A stretch of 64,000 nt of DNA from Chiloscyllium plagiosum (Eukaryota), in assembly GCF_004010195.1 (NCBI RefSeq), contig NC_057753.1:1230890-1294889 (forward strand), read 5' to 3'. Below the pieces are notes generated by a model. The model made no database searches. It was not told the origin of the DNA and saw nothing but the letters and a program-made list of their open reading frames with translations. Below are positions 12,691 through 23,465 of the stretch, piece after piece; position 1 is the stretch's first letter, and the number at the start of each line of letters is the position of its first letter. The translations under genes were made by a program, and so were the position numbers.

Positions 12691-12974
12691 TCAACAGCTG
12701 ATTTGATTTAAAAAATCATTCTCACATCCCCTATGGCATCTAACTGAAATGATTAACGCACCCGTTATTATTAGTAAGTGTTTCTTTTTTTGAATAGCGT
12801 AGTGAATGATGAACATTTTAGTTCTCCTTTCCATCAATAGGTCATTATGCAAATTTGGGGCAAACTCTGTCGCGTGTTTAAAAATATCAACAGCTGCGAA
12901 TGAACTCACACATTTGATCATTTTTCTTACGAACTGTGGAAGGAGGTCTTGTGAAAACAATAAAGACAGTAATC

Positions 12975-13490
12975 AGGAAACAACTGGAATGCTGTGACCA
13001 GTTTTTGATGCCCATATCGATAGAAAGCTATTTTCGCATTTGGGACAGTCCAGAGAAGGAACATTAGTTTGATCTAGGATGTGGAGTGTATTTTTTAAAG
13101 AATGACTAGATTGGGCCTTTACGTATTGAATTTAGGAGAATATGATTCTTCAGAGATTTGGTAGGATAGAGGTTCATAGGTTGTTTCCTCTTGCAAGAGA
13201 ATTTGGGGCAATGTTGCATAATCAGTGTAAGGGGTCGCCTATTTCAGGGAGAGATGGAGAGGAATTTCTGCTCTCAGAAATTGTAAATCAGCCGATTCCT
13301 TTCTGCAGAGGATGGTCAATCTTGGGTGATTAAGTATATGGGCAGAAGTTTACTCAGTGAAAGAATCACGGGAAAATAACCAGCAAAGTGGAGTTAATGA
13401 TTATTAGATCAGACACGCTATCAATGAATAGTGGCAAACAGTTGATGGGACAACTGGCTTACTTCTGCTCCTATGTTTTACGGTCTAAAC
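12975..13490 (+). mobile_element. Old CR1 LINE 3' end
   Basis: LFPLAREF..GEEFLLSEIVN remnants; terminal 'ttacttctgctcctatgttttacggtct'. Confidence 0.7.
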
Positions 13491-13649
13491 ATGAAGTCTG
13501 GTGAAGGAGATGGACATTCAACAGGAGATAATAAATTTTACAGCATAACAGCATCATGGTTGACATGTCAAAGAAGATGTGTGTGGTTAACTAGGACAAA
13601 CTCAAGAAGTCATAAAAGCCATCTTGTGTGACATGAAGGAAGTGTTTTT

Positions 13650-14500
13650 AACATAGGACATAGAACATTTCAGCGCAGTACAGACACTCGATGTTGCGCC
13701 GAAAAGTGGAACCAATCGGAAGTCCCTCTCACCTTCATCCAGAAAACTATCCAATGATCATTTAAATGCCCTTAAAGTTGGCGAGTCTATTACTGTTGCA
13801 GGCAATGCGTTCCATGTCTTACTAGTCTCTGAGTAAAGAAACTAACTCTTACCTCTGTCCTACATTTATCAACACTCAGCTTAAAGCTCTGTCACTTCGT
13901 GCAAGCCATCACATCCGAGGAAAAAGACTCTCACTATCCATCCTATCGAACACACTGATTATCTTGTACATCTCAATTAGGTCACCTCTAATTCTTGTTC
14001 ATTCTCAAGAAAACAGCCTCCAGTTCCTCAGACTTTCTTTATAAGATCTTCCCTTCATATCAGGCAACATCCTTGTAAATCTCCTCTGAAGCCTCTCCAA
14101 GGCCTTCCTATAATGCATTGATCAGAACTGTATGCATTAAGCCAAGTGTGGCCACACCAGATGTTTGTACAGCTGCAGCATGACATCGTGGCTCCGAAAC
14201 TCAATCCCTCAATCAAAAAAGCTAACATACCGTATGCTTTCTTTGCAATCCTATCAACCTGGCTGGCAACTTTCAAGGCTCTATGTATATGGCCAATGAG
14301 ATCTCTGCTATTCTACACTAATGAAGAATATACCATTTGACCAATACTCCTTATTTCTTTTGCTCCTTCCAAAGTGAATCACCTCATGCTTTTCCGTATT
14401 AAACTCCATTTGCCACCACTCAGTTCAGCTCTGCAGCATATCTGTGTCCCTCTGTAACCTGAAACATACTTCAGCACTATCCTGAACTTCACTGACCTTA
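13650..14500 (-). mobile_element. CR1/HER1 LINE 3' fragment
   Basis: Minus ORF 14055-14276 KVASQVDRIAKKAYGMLAF; tail 'aacataggacatagaac'. Confidence 0.9.
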
Positions 14501-14628
14501 TCTATGCCATCATCTAGGCATTTGTTTGTTAAAAAGGGAATGTTTTTTCTTTTGCGAATACTTTGATGCGCAAAGGAAGAATTTAAAAGAGCATGAACCC
14601 CGAGATTTCACAAACATCATATCGTGTT

Positions 14629-14948
14629 GGGGCGGCACGGTGGCTCAGTGGTTAGCACTGCTGCCTCACAGCACCAGGGTCCTAGGTTCAATTAGCACCT
14701 TGGGCTACCATCTTTGTGGAGTTTGCACATTCTCCCCGTGTCTGTGTGGCTTGCCTCCAGGTGCTCCGGTTTCCTACCACAGTCCAAAAATATGCAGATT
14801 AGGTGAATTGACCATGCTAAATTGCTCGTAGTGTTAGGTACATTAGTCAGGGGTAAATGTAGGGGAATTTGTCTGGGTGAATTGCTCTTCGGAGGGTCGG
14901 TGTGGACTTGTGTGGCCGCAAGGCCTGTTTCCACACTGTAGGGTATCT
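14629..14948 (+). mobile_element. HE1 V-SINE, full length
   Basis: GGGGCGGCACGGTGGCTCAGTGGTTAGCACTGCTGCCTCACAGC head, V core (tgtggagtttgcacattctccccgtg) and 'ggcctgtttccacactgtagg' end. Confidence 0.95.
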
Positions 14949-15429
14949 ACCCTACCTTGAAGGGACGAGGGGGCATTTAAATGCTCTAAATAAAACCCGT
15001 GTGCAAAGCTCACTGCAGCCAGTTGCCTGGCACAGAGCCTGACTCTGTGTCTCAGAAGGGAAATGGGAGAATAGGAGAATGATAGTGGTAAGAGATTCAT
15101 TGTTACCACTATCAGATTTAGTGGTGGCACTGATTGCGGGATATCGCAGCTCCTTCAGTGTTGTTCATTTCTTCAGGTTAAAGTCCTTGATACACCTTCC
15201 CAGCAGTCTTGTGGGTGTTTGTACAAGACCAGAGACTGTAACGGTCCAAATACTGAAGCTTAATTCAGGATGTGCAGTAAAATATTTGACCAGTTATTGA
15301 CTCCCATATTTCCTTGAACAAATGAAGAAAAATGTTTTTTCGTCCTTCCAGCTGACGGTTCGAAAGTCAGACTACAAAAAGGCATGTGCATGAGCTGCAC
15401 CCCCTCGTGTTGCAACCAAATAAGCAGAT

Positions 15430-15636
15430 TTAAAAAAATACATTTAGCAGTAAGCAGAGAAGCTGAAAGCAATATAATTTCCTCAAACCCACCCGCTCTT
15501 AAGAAAACAGTCAGTCAAGACAACATTCTGCTTTCTATTTTTTCGATAATTTTGTAACCATTTCTTGATGCTGATTTTATTTCTTGGGCTTCAGTTGTGT
15601 GGAGACGCCGAGTCAATGATTCTTTCTGTTTTGCCC
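15430..15636 (-). pseudogene. IgSF gene B: decayed connecting-peptide/transmembrane exon, TCR alpha/delta-like
   Basis: Acceptor tgtgtacag|GG (phase 1). One frame reads GAKQKESLTRRLHTTEAQEIKSASRNGYKIIEKIESRMLS*LTVFLRAGGFEEIILLSASLLTAKCIF; compare the TCR delta end MMSLTVLGLR..FLLTAKLFF. Confidence 0.6.
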
Positions 15637-15964
15637 CTGTACACATTATGAATAGCAATTCCTTCCCTCGATCTGACGTTAGCTTTACCATGAAATTCAA
15701 GGACTTTGTGCAAATCTAAGTCAGATTCTAAGAAAAGGCAGCCGAGGTTAGCCATTTGACCTCTTGAACTCGTTGTTCCTTGTCCAAAAGATCACGCCTC
15801 ATCTGATTCCAACTGAACTCCACATTGCAGACCGCACTCTAAAAAACCTTGATTTCCGTTTTTAATGCAATAAATACTCAATGTCCCAGCCTTCGTCGCT
15901 TACTGAGGTAGATAATGAATTAATACGCCGCTTGTCATGGTCTGCCAACTGAAAATGACATGTC

Positions 15965-16014
15965 TATTCCAACTTTCTGCTTCATGTCTTCCATTGCGCT
16001 GCCGTTATGTAAAT
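15965..16014 (-). pseudogene. IgSF gene B: hinge exon start, cut by LINE fragments (~15730-15965)
   Basis: Strong acceptor ttcatttattgttttcttttgtcttag|AT TTA CAT AAC GGC AGC GCA ATG GAA GAC (DLHNGSAMED). Confidence 0.45.
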
Positions 16015-16078
16015 CTAAGACAAAAGAAAACAATAAATGAAATCTCAGAACCTTAAAGTTCGCACAAAATGTGCCTAC

Positions 16079-16440
16079 CAGAAGGCTCTGCCTTTTCTGC
16101 TTCTGTTACAGCCTTGCTTCTGCTGATCCCGTTCTCAGGGATGACTTCACTGTAATTTCGTCTATGAGTACTCACAACTGGATATTAGGTAATCTTTATG
16201 GTTTTCTTTTAGAGATCTTAGTGATTTCATGCGAGAGTTAGGCATTTATTCCTCGATTTTCTCTCACTTCAGATGGCATTTGTCACACCTCGCTCTGTCC
16301 AGTTGCCTCCTTTTTTATAATCGTTATGACATACCAATTTCTTCACAATGACATTGGTGAAAAGTCGTCAAACAATTGGATTAAAACTCAATTGGCTTTC
16401 AGTTTTTAAGTGCTTATTTTAATGATATGGCCAGTTCCAG
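16079..16440 (-). pseudogene. IgSF gene B: decayed C1-set domain exon
   Basis: Acceptor gttttgcctattag, donor CTG|GTAGGC; 362 nt. VLIQLFDDFSPMSL*RNWYV fits L-x-C-L-xx-DF-x-P...W, and tccagttgtgagtactcat reads as a degenerate YSCEVTH. Confidence 0.6.
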
Positions 16441-16585
16441 CTAATAGGCAAAACATCTAGAAAAGCCTAAGGTTTCCAATCATACAGCCAATTGTTGCAT
16501 GTTCCAATTTCAGAAATGTCCGTAATCTGTAGATACTTACAGATGCATTTTTCTGTGTAAATTTAAGCTGAAAAAAGCGATTTAC

Positions 16586-16967
16586 CTTTTAAAAGGACAA
16601 CCCTCCCTTTCCTCCTAACATTTTACTAAACGCATTCTTCTTCCTGCCTTCCACTTCACAAGGCCTCAACTTCCTAACAAATGGCAAACAAATTAGCAGG
16701 AATTGATTTAGTGGATGAAAACCCAGAAATGGGTTCGAAGGAGACTTGTCTTAAGTTAGCAGTATGAATAGTTCCTCCTAGAAAAAAGAAGGAGCATATT
16801 CACAACACTTAATATGAAAAGTTATCTGTCTGTAAGAACTATTGTTGCGTGAGTTGTCGAAGAAGTCTTCGCAACTCACAGCATTAGAACCACAAAGACA
16901 TTGTTGGTGAAACTTGCACAATTGACAGAGAAGGAAACTGTACTTTGATTCACTGTAGTGTTTGAGC
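16586..16967 (-). pseudogene. IgSF gene B: decayed germline-joined VJ exon
   Basis: Acceptor ctatctag|GC, phase-1 donor AAAG|GTAAAT; 382 nt. Reads GSNTTVNQSTVSFSV.. / LCGSNAVS..SSYRQ (C..W-YRQ-like) .. CEVEGRKKNAFSKMLGGKG / RVVLLK (J-like). Confidence 0.5.
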
Positions 16968-17189
16968 CTAGATAGATTTTTATTATGGTATTTTTGGATA
17001 GCTTGATTTCTTGAAAGCTGTTGAGTTTTAAATACACTTTTGCCATTAATATAAGATACGGTGCCTTGCATGTTTAGATTTCATTGAAAAAAACATTTGC
17101 GCAAACATTTTTAATACAACCATATCAATCTTGACTTTGACTTGTCTGTTGGGAACATTAGCTGTTATCATTACATTGTACACTATTTG

Positions 17190-18985
17190 AAGCAGGATTG
17201 TAAAATTCAGAGGTACAGTGGGATTTTAGAGCGCTTATGCAGAAACCACTGATATGCCAGGGCAGCAGGCGTGCAGGAAGGCAAGTGGAAGCATTATACC
17301 TATTGTGACAGGAATGGAATACACAAAAACAGAAATATTATTAGACTTGCACAGGGCCTTGGAATGACCACAGCCGGAGTATGGTTTATAATGTTGGTGT
17401 TATTGTTTAAAACATGGAGATGTTTACGTTTGAAACGGTTTATACAATGTCCACTCGCACTATTTTTCGGATGGAAGCCTATCTAAGAAGAAGAAAAAAG
17501 AAAAATGCAAGAACTATTAAACATGGGATGAATGAGGGAAACTCTTCACAAGTACAAAGCAGATAAACAGCCTCTACCATTGCGAATTATCTGGTGTCAT
17601 CAGGGACGATTAGCGAGTAAGTTCATGAATAAACCAGGGCTGTGATGTGGCCAGGAGCTGAAAAACCTGCTTGAACTAAAGTGATCATCAGTGAGCAGGT
17701 TATTGATCAGCAAGTGCGGCTTGTTCGCACTGTTGATTGTCTTTTACATTGCAACACTGATGACTAAGAGTAGACTGATCAATTGGCTATTGAGCGATCG
17801 GTTTTGTCCTGTTTTGTTTGGACAGGACGACATGGACATTTTTCCGTATTTTTGGCAGACACTGGTATCACAATTGCACTGGAGTAGCTTGACTAAGTAA
17901 GGAGCAATTTCTAGAGAAGGTGCCTTCGCTACAATTGACAAAAAGATTTGGGGACCATTGAAAATTGTGAACAAGTTTAAACTTTCGAAAACGTGGCGTA
18001 GATGTGGCAGGTGCATGGGAATAGATCTGGCAGTGCAATACGAAGTTGTAAAATGTGAAATTGTCCATTTGTCAGAAAAAAAGAAGGTAGAGGAATATAA
18101 TCTGCATGGTAAAAGATTGCAGAACTTTGTGATACAGGGGATTCCATCTATCCAAGTTCATGAATCACAAAAGGTTAGCACGCAGATATGGCACTCAATG
18201 CGGAAAGCTAATAGAATTTGTATTGACCTGAACTGATTTCAAGGACGGTTTTTCTTTATTTATACCGTGCATTGGTGAGAGTAAATCTGCAATACCATGC
18301 ACAGTGCTAGGTCAAAATCTTGGATTTGTTGTATCCCCATAAACGTTGAATGCAACAGTTCAAGAAGGCAGATCACCACCACTTTCTAAAGTGGACAGTA
18401 TGTGACGGATGATAAATGCTGGTGCAGATATCCTCTCCCAATATCATATATGAATAAAACTAAAAAAAATTCCACCTTTTTGAGGACGGATGTAAATGTA
18501 GTAGAAGCAGTTCAGAGAAATATTAGCTGATGTATGCCTAGAATGAGCGTCATACCTTACAAGAAACGCTTGGACAAGCTGGGCTTCTATCTGCTGGAGT
18601 TCAAAAGAGTAAGAATATTTTGAAATATAAAGGATCCTGAACCAAATGTTGGACTGCTGATTCCTCTTCTGGGAGAAACTAAAATAATGACTCTTAATTT
18701 AAAAATCAGCTTTGCCTTATTACTGGAGAGATAAAACGATTTCTCTCTCTGTCTATCTCGCTCAGATCATGCTAAATCTTTAGAATTCTCTTCTTGAAGC
18801 AGTGGCGGAAGCAAAGCCCTTGAATATGTTTATGGCACAGCTGTACAGGGTTTTGTTAAGGAAGTAATAGGAACTGGAATAAATGTGGATTTGAAGTTAA
18901 AATCAGATCAGGCATAATCTTAGTACATGGTAAAGCATGCCCATATAGACAAGTGACCTGTTTCCTCTCCTCTTTCATTTGTAAC
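17190..18985 (+). mobile_element. Old CR1 LINE fragments with embedded antisense L2-group pieces
   Basis: ORF 17958-18236 VVKCEIVHLSEKKK..QVHESQKVSTQ; a CR1 3' end near 18960. Confidence 0.7.
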
Positions 18986-19279
18986 GGAGCACAGAAGAAG
19001 AACGTGCTAAAACGCATTAAATAAAACTAATTCAGGATTAATGAATTGAGAGAACATCATGTATAAATATTGTATATGTCAGGAATATGTTTCCTGGAAA
19101 TTTGAATATTATGTAACGATAAAATTATGTATTGACCATGCATGAAAATGTCCAGCAGGGTAGCTACGGAAAAAAAAAAACTATTCCCCTTCGAGAACCT
19201 AGGACGAAAATTCACATTCAATGCACCATGTGCTTTGTGAGAAAATCACAAGGGTTATCTATTCATTCAGTTTATCAAT

Positions 19280-20368
19280 TTGGATACAGAACTGGCTCAA
19301 AGGTAGAAGACAGAGGGTGGTGGTGGAGGGTTGTTTTACAGACTGGAGGCCTGTGACCAGTGGAGTGCCACAAGGATCGGTGCTGGGCCCTCTACATTTT
19401 GTCATTTACATAAAAGTTTTGGATGCGAGCGGAAGAGGTAGAGTTAGTAAGTTTGCAGATGACACCAAACTTGGAGGTGTAATGAACAGCGAAGAGGGTT
19501 ACCTCAGATTACAACAGGATCTTGAACAGATGGGCCAATAGGCTGAGAAGTGGCAGATGGAGTTTAATTCAGATAAATGCGAGGTGCTGCATTTTGGGAA
19601 AGCAAATCTTAACAGGACTTATACACTTAATGGTAAGATCCTAGGGAGTGTTGCTGAACAGAGACCTTGGAGTGCAGGTTCATAGCTCCTTGAAAGTGGA
19701 GTCGCAGGTAGATCGGATAATGAAGAAGTCGTTTGGTATGCTTTCCTTTATTGGTCAGAGTATTGAGTACAGGAGTTGGCAGGTCATGTTGTGGCTGTAC
19801 AAGACATTGGTTAGGCCACTGTTTGAATATTGCGTGCAATTCTGGTCTCCTTCCTATCGGAAAGATGTTGTGAAACTTGAAAGGGTTCAGAAAAGATTAA
19901 CAAGCATGTTGCCAGGGTGTGAGTATCTGAGCTACAGGGAGAAGCTGAACAGGCTGGGGCTGTTTTCCCTGGAGCGTCGGAGGCTGAGGGGTGACCTTAT
20001 AGAGTTTACAAAATTATGAGGGGCATGGATAGAATTAATAGACAAAGTCTTTTCCCTGGTGTCGGGGAGTCCAGAACTAGAGGGCATAGGTTTAGGGTGA
20101 GAGGGGAAAGATATAAAAGAGACCTAAGGGGCAATTCTTTCAAGCAGAGGGTGGTACGTGTATGGAATGAGCTGCCAGAGGATGAGGTGGAGACTGGTAC
20201 AATTGCAACATTTAGGAGGTATTTGGATGTGTATATGAATACGAAAGCTTTGGAGGGATATGGGCCTGGCGCTGGCGGGTGGGACTAGATTGGGTTGGGA
20301 TATCTGGTCGGCATGGACGGGTTGGAACGAAGGGTCTGTTTCCATGCTGTACATCTCTATGACTCTAA
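19280..20368 (+). mobile_element. Young 5'-truncated HER1/CR1 LINE
   Basis: RT motifs VTSGVPQGSVLGP..SKFADDTK and LVRPLFEYCVQFWSP; tail 'ctctatgactcta'. Same subfamily as 50436-51880. Confidence 0.95.
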
Positions 20369-20867
20369 TTGACTGTGCATGCAATTCAAAGGGACAACGT
20401 GTGAGTGGTCTACATTTCACCATTGGACTGCTGCATGGTTACACAATCATCTAAGTTACAGAGAGCATTACCACATGGCTTCGATCACTATCGACTGAAA
20501 TGAGTCATGCCTTCCCTCATTTTTTTGTGAACATCGAATTCTCCACTCCCGCCGACGCCCATCCCCGGAAAATTCTGATACTGTGATATTGGGTATATTC
20601 AAGACAGAGATTAACATGTTTTGGATGATGTCAGAAATGGGAAATAAGGAGACAATGCAGAAAGCTGGAGTTCTGGTACAAGATCAACAATTGTTGAACT
20701 GAATGCTGGAGAGTGTTTCAGGGTTTCAAGAATACACGACTTATTTTTCCTGTATTCCCATCTTATTAAACAGAGATCTCCTAAATGAATAATGGAGAAA
20801 GTGTGCTGAATTTAAGACTATGGAATTAAGTAGAATATGCTCCAGTGGACAAGCACGTTCGGTTTAC

Positions 20868-20970
20868 TCATCATAACATCATGAGGTGGTGAAGTACTAT
20901 CAAAATAGCAATTAAAAGATTTGTTTAAACAAGGTGGTCTAGCATTCAGTGAGTTGAACAACAAAGTGAT
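20868..20970 (-). pseudogene. Possible signal-peptide exon of gene B
   Basis: Acceptor tttatttcaattctttcag; from ATG 20945 it reads MLDHLV*TNLLIAILIVLHHLMML. Confidence 0.35.
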
Positions 20971-21399
20971 CTGAAAGAATTGAAATAAAGCATTTGGAGG
21001 CTAAGTGGTAAACATATGTTGAACGTCCCTGAGACCTTCAAAAATTGACTAATTCGATTATAATCGAATGGCAGTCCAAAACGTGCGGTTTGCAAAAAAA
21101 AGGGACACATTTAGTTGACGGACATCATGAAATTTCGCAATAAATACCAATTCAAGAAGAGAAATAACACTTATAAAGCACGACAGAAGAACTGGATGGA
21201 CAACTGGATTCTGATTGCTAGATTCGTTTACAAGGAGAGTACACTCAGTGATGTTGATTGACAGCTATCAGTTTGTTCTTAAGATTTCAAATCAAGCCGG
21301 TTCATTCTGATTATAGTGTTAGTGCCTTGAGCAATGAATAGCCATAAAGCTGTCACGTCTATAGCATGAACGCACATGAAATGTATTCCCATGTCCTTC

Positions 21400-21627
21400 C
21401 TGTTTTCCATAAGCAGGCTGTAGTGTGTTATTGTACAAACTTTACAATGCACACATGCGCACCTGACAGCAAACCCAACTAATCCTAAATATGGTGTCAA
21501 CCTAATTCCAAGGGAAGCAGTACTTCAGTTAATCTAGTCTACAGTTTTACCTATTCAAAGTGGTCTCCTCTACTTTGGGGAGACAAATGCAGAGCAACTG
21601 CAACCAAGATTGAGAAGCTGGTTATCG
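21400..21627 (-). pseudogene. IgSF gene C: possible TM exon (21551-21627) and cytoplasmic tail with YxxL (THYSLL)
   Basis: Acceptor tctatttgtag|CG, peptide ITSFSILVAVALHL, donor AG|GTAAAA. The next acceptor tttgctgtcag is followed by TITHYSLLMENRK. Confidence 0.35.
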
Positions 21628-21769
21628 CTACAAATAGATCAAACACTCCATAGATTAAGCTACTCCACAACAGTCAGTGCCACGTGGTCATAAATGTAAT
21701 GCATGAACTACGACATTTGTTTCACTATTACCCATTCCGTTTTGTGAGGAATCTTGGCTAAACAAATAA

Positions 21770-22240
21770 CATTTCGGAACATAAGAACAAAGTAGGCCAT
21801 TCAGCCATTAAACCCGAAGAACATGCACCTCTATTTAGTACAAGCGTGTCTGATAGAATACTCATTGCCACTGTATCCCATTAACATTTAACAAAACTGG
21901 CAACCAGAAATCAATATTTACTAAAAACACTGTCAACGAACGAATTCCCTACTGTGGTTAAGGGAGTGATTCCCAAAGTTTCACAAACATCTAAATAGCA
22001 AAACATTTTCTTTCTCCTTTCACACTGAAGTGGCTTTCCCCTTATTTTAAAATTGTGCCTTTGGTTCGAGACTCGTTAACTTAGAAGAGAACACATTAAC
22101 TGTATCCACCCTGTCTATTATTTTAAGTATTTCATAAGTTTCAATCACATCGCCTTTCATTTGTAGAAACTACTGACAATTCTGCCCAAGTTTTCCTAAT
22201 GTCTCAATGATGGGCAGTCCGCTGACCCTGGGGACAAATT
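21770..22240 (-). mobile_element. Old CR1 LINE 3' end
   Basis: 'aacataagaacaaagtaggccattcagcc' antisense terminus. Confidence 0.65.
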
Positions 22241-23158
22241 TAAAGCTGTTTTGTTTCTGCTCTGAGACAAGCGCTAATTCGATTCTTTGTTTTTTTTTAT
22301 ATTATATGTCTTACATTGATTGCTACTCTGGGGTTCCCACCATTCAGAGAAAGTCTGAAGGTTAGATGTCATTTTCATTGTAACCAATTATATCTTAATT
22401 TTTGGCACAAAGCAACAATGATTAGAATTTATATTCTACAAGAGAATCTGAGACAGTGATTTATTTTGGATCCAAATTTGGGCACATTATTTGAGATAAT
22501 AGTTCAGTTTATAATGAATCAGGGATATGTAGGACTAATGTAATATGGATACGCAGCTGTGTACAGAGATCAGGCAATGGGTTTATTTCCAAATGGAAGT
22601 TCACATACCTGGCGGATTATTACGAGATATTGAGATTTTTGAACTAAAATAATCATGATTCAGAGCCTTGGGGTAAAGGGAGGTCGGTATAAAAATAAAA
22701 CTGTGAAATGCATTAAGAAATGGGTAGTACAAAATGCTTTGAATGCTACAAAGCCATAGAAATGTAGGGTCAGGTGAAATATTTTAGGAGCAATGCAGGT
22801 TCAAAGACATCTAGCGTAGCTGGTAGATTATTTTGTGTTTGATGCACGGTAAAGGAAAAAGCAGAACTGTACATGGCCACAGTGGAGAGCAGGGACATTG
22901 AATCTTGGAGTTAGTTTCAATTGACACGGATAAGGATAGAGTTAGTTGGATTAGGTCTGCAACGGTACAGGATAGAGAGGAAGTAATAACACAGTGCCAT
23001 TAAATTTCTGCGTTATTTCGGATGATGGGGAGAGAGAGGTGTAATGGAATTGCTTTGTAATTGATGCAGAGCTATTAGGACATGACGCGACATAGAGATA
23101 AGTTGGAGAGTGACATGGGAATGGAGAACGAAAAACATAATGGCTTTTTTTAACTTAT

Positions 23159-23465
23159 TGGATGACGCAAATAACATTTTGTTTGCAAACGCTGTGCTTT
23201 TGCGCACATCAGCGCTAATGAGTGTGCTCTAATCCACTTTCGTGTTTCTGTGAGCTGTGTGCAATCATGGGATTTGTTCAACACTGCAATCAGTTGCAGA
23301 CAGCTTTACTGCGTAGCCACGCTTGTTTCCTGAAATCTCTCAGAACAAACGGGAAAACTTTCATCATTCTGTGCAAAGCTTTCACATTTATCGGTGATGA
23401 TCGGTTCAGAGGAAGGTCGAGGTTTTAGATTTGGGGACATGTTGTTGTGAGGTTTGTGCCTTGAA
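23159..23465 (-). pseudogene. IgSF gene C: decayed germline-joined VJ exon
   Basis: Reads ..IITDKCESFAQNDESFPV..VLNKSHDCTQLTETR / VD*STLISADVRKSTAFANKMLF. GAT TAG AGC ACA CTC ATT AGC GCT reverts to DSGTFICA by single-base changes, FANKM resembles FGNGT, and the exon ends at a broken donor A|ATAAGT. Confidence 0.6.

Noticed and set aside
14629..14700. tRNA-like sequence with A and B boxes (also at other HE1 heads)
   Set aside because: It is the tRNA-derived head of a SINE, continuing into the V core; not a tRNA gene.
15060..15300. ORF MIVVRDSLL.. next to the gene B TM exon
   Set aside because: Looks like a decayed CR1 ORF1 esterase (VVGDS motif), not part of the gene.
21279..21500. ORF with DMGIHFMC...FIAQGT resembling a V-domain end
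   Set aside because: No upstream B-strand Cys/Trp framework of the right length; splice signals fit TM and tail exons better. It remains ambiguous.
23160..23196. CACAGCG heptamer-like sequence (minus strand) after ..TGCGCAAAAG, suggesting a V-gene RSS
   Set aside because: No acceptable nonamer at 12 or 23 bp; the sequence is better read as the in-frame J-like segment (STAFANKM).
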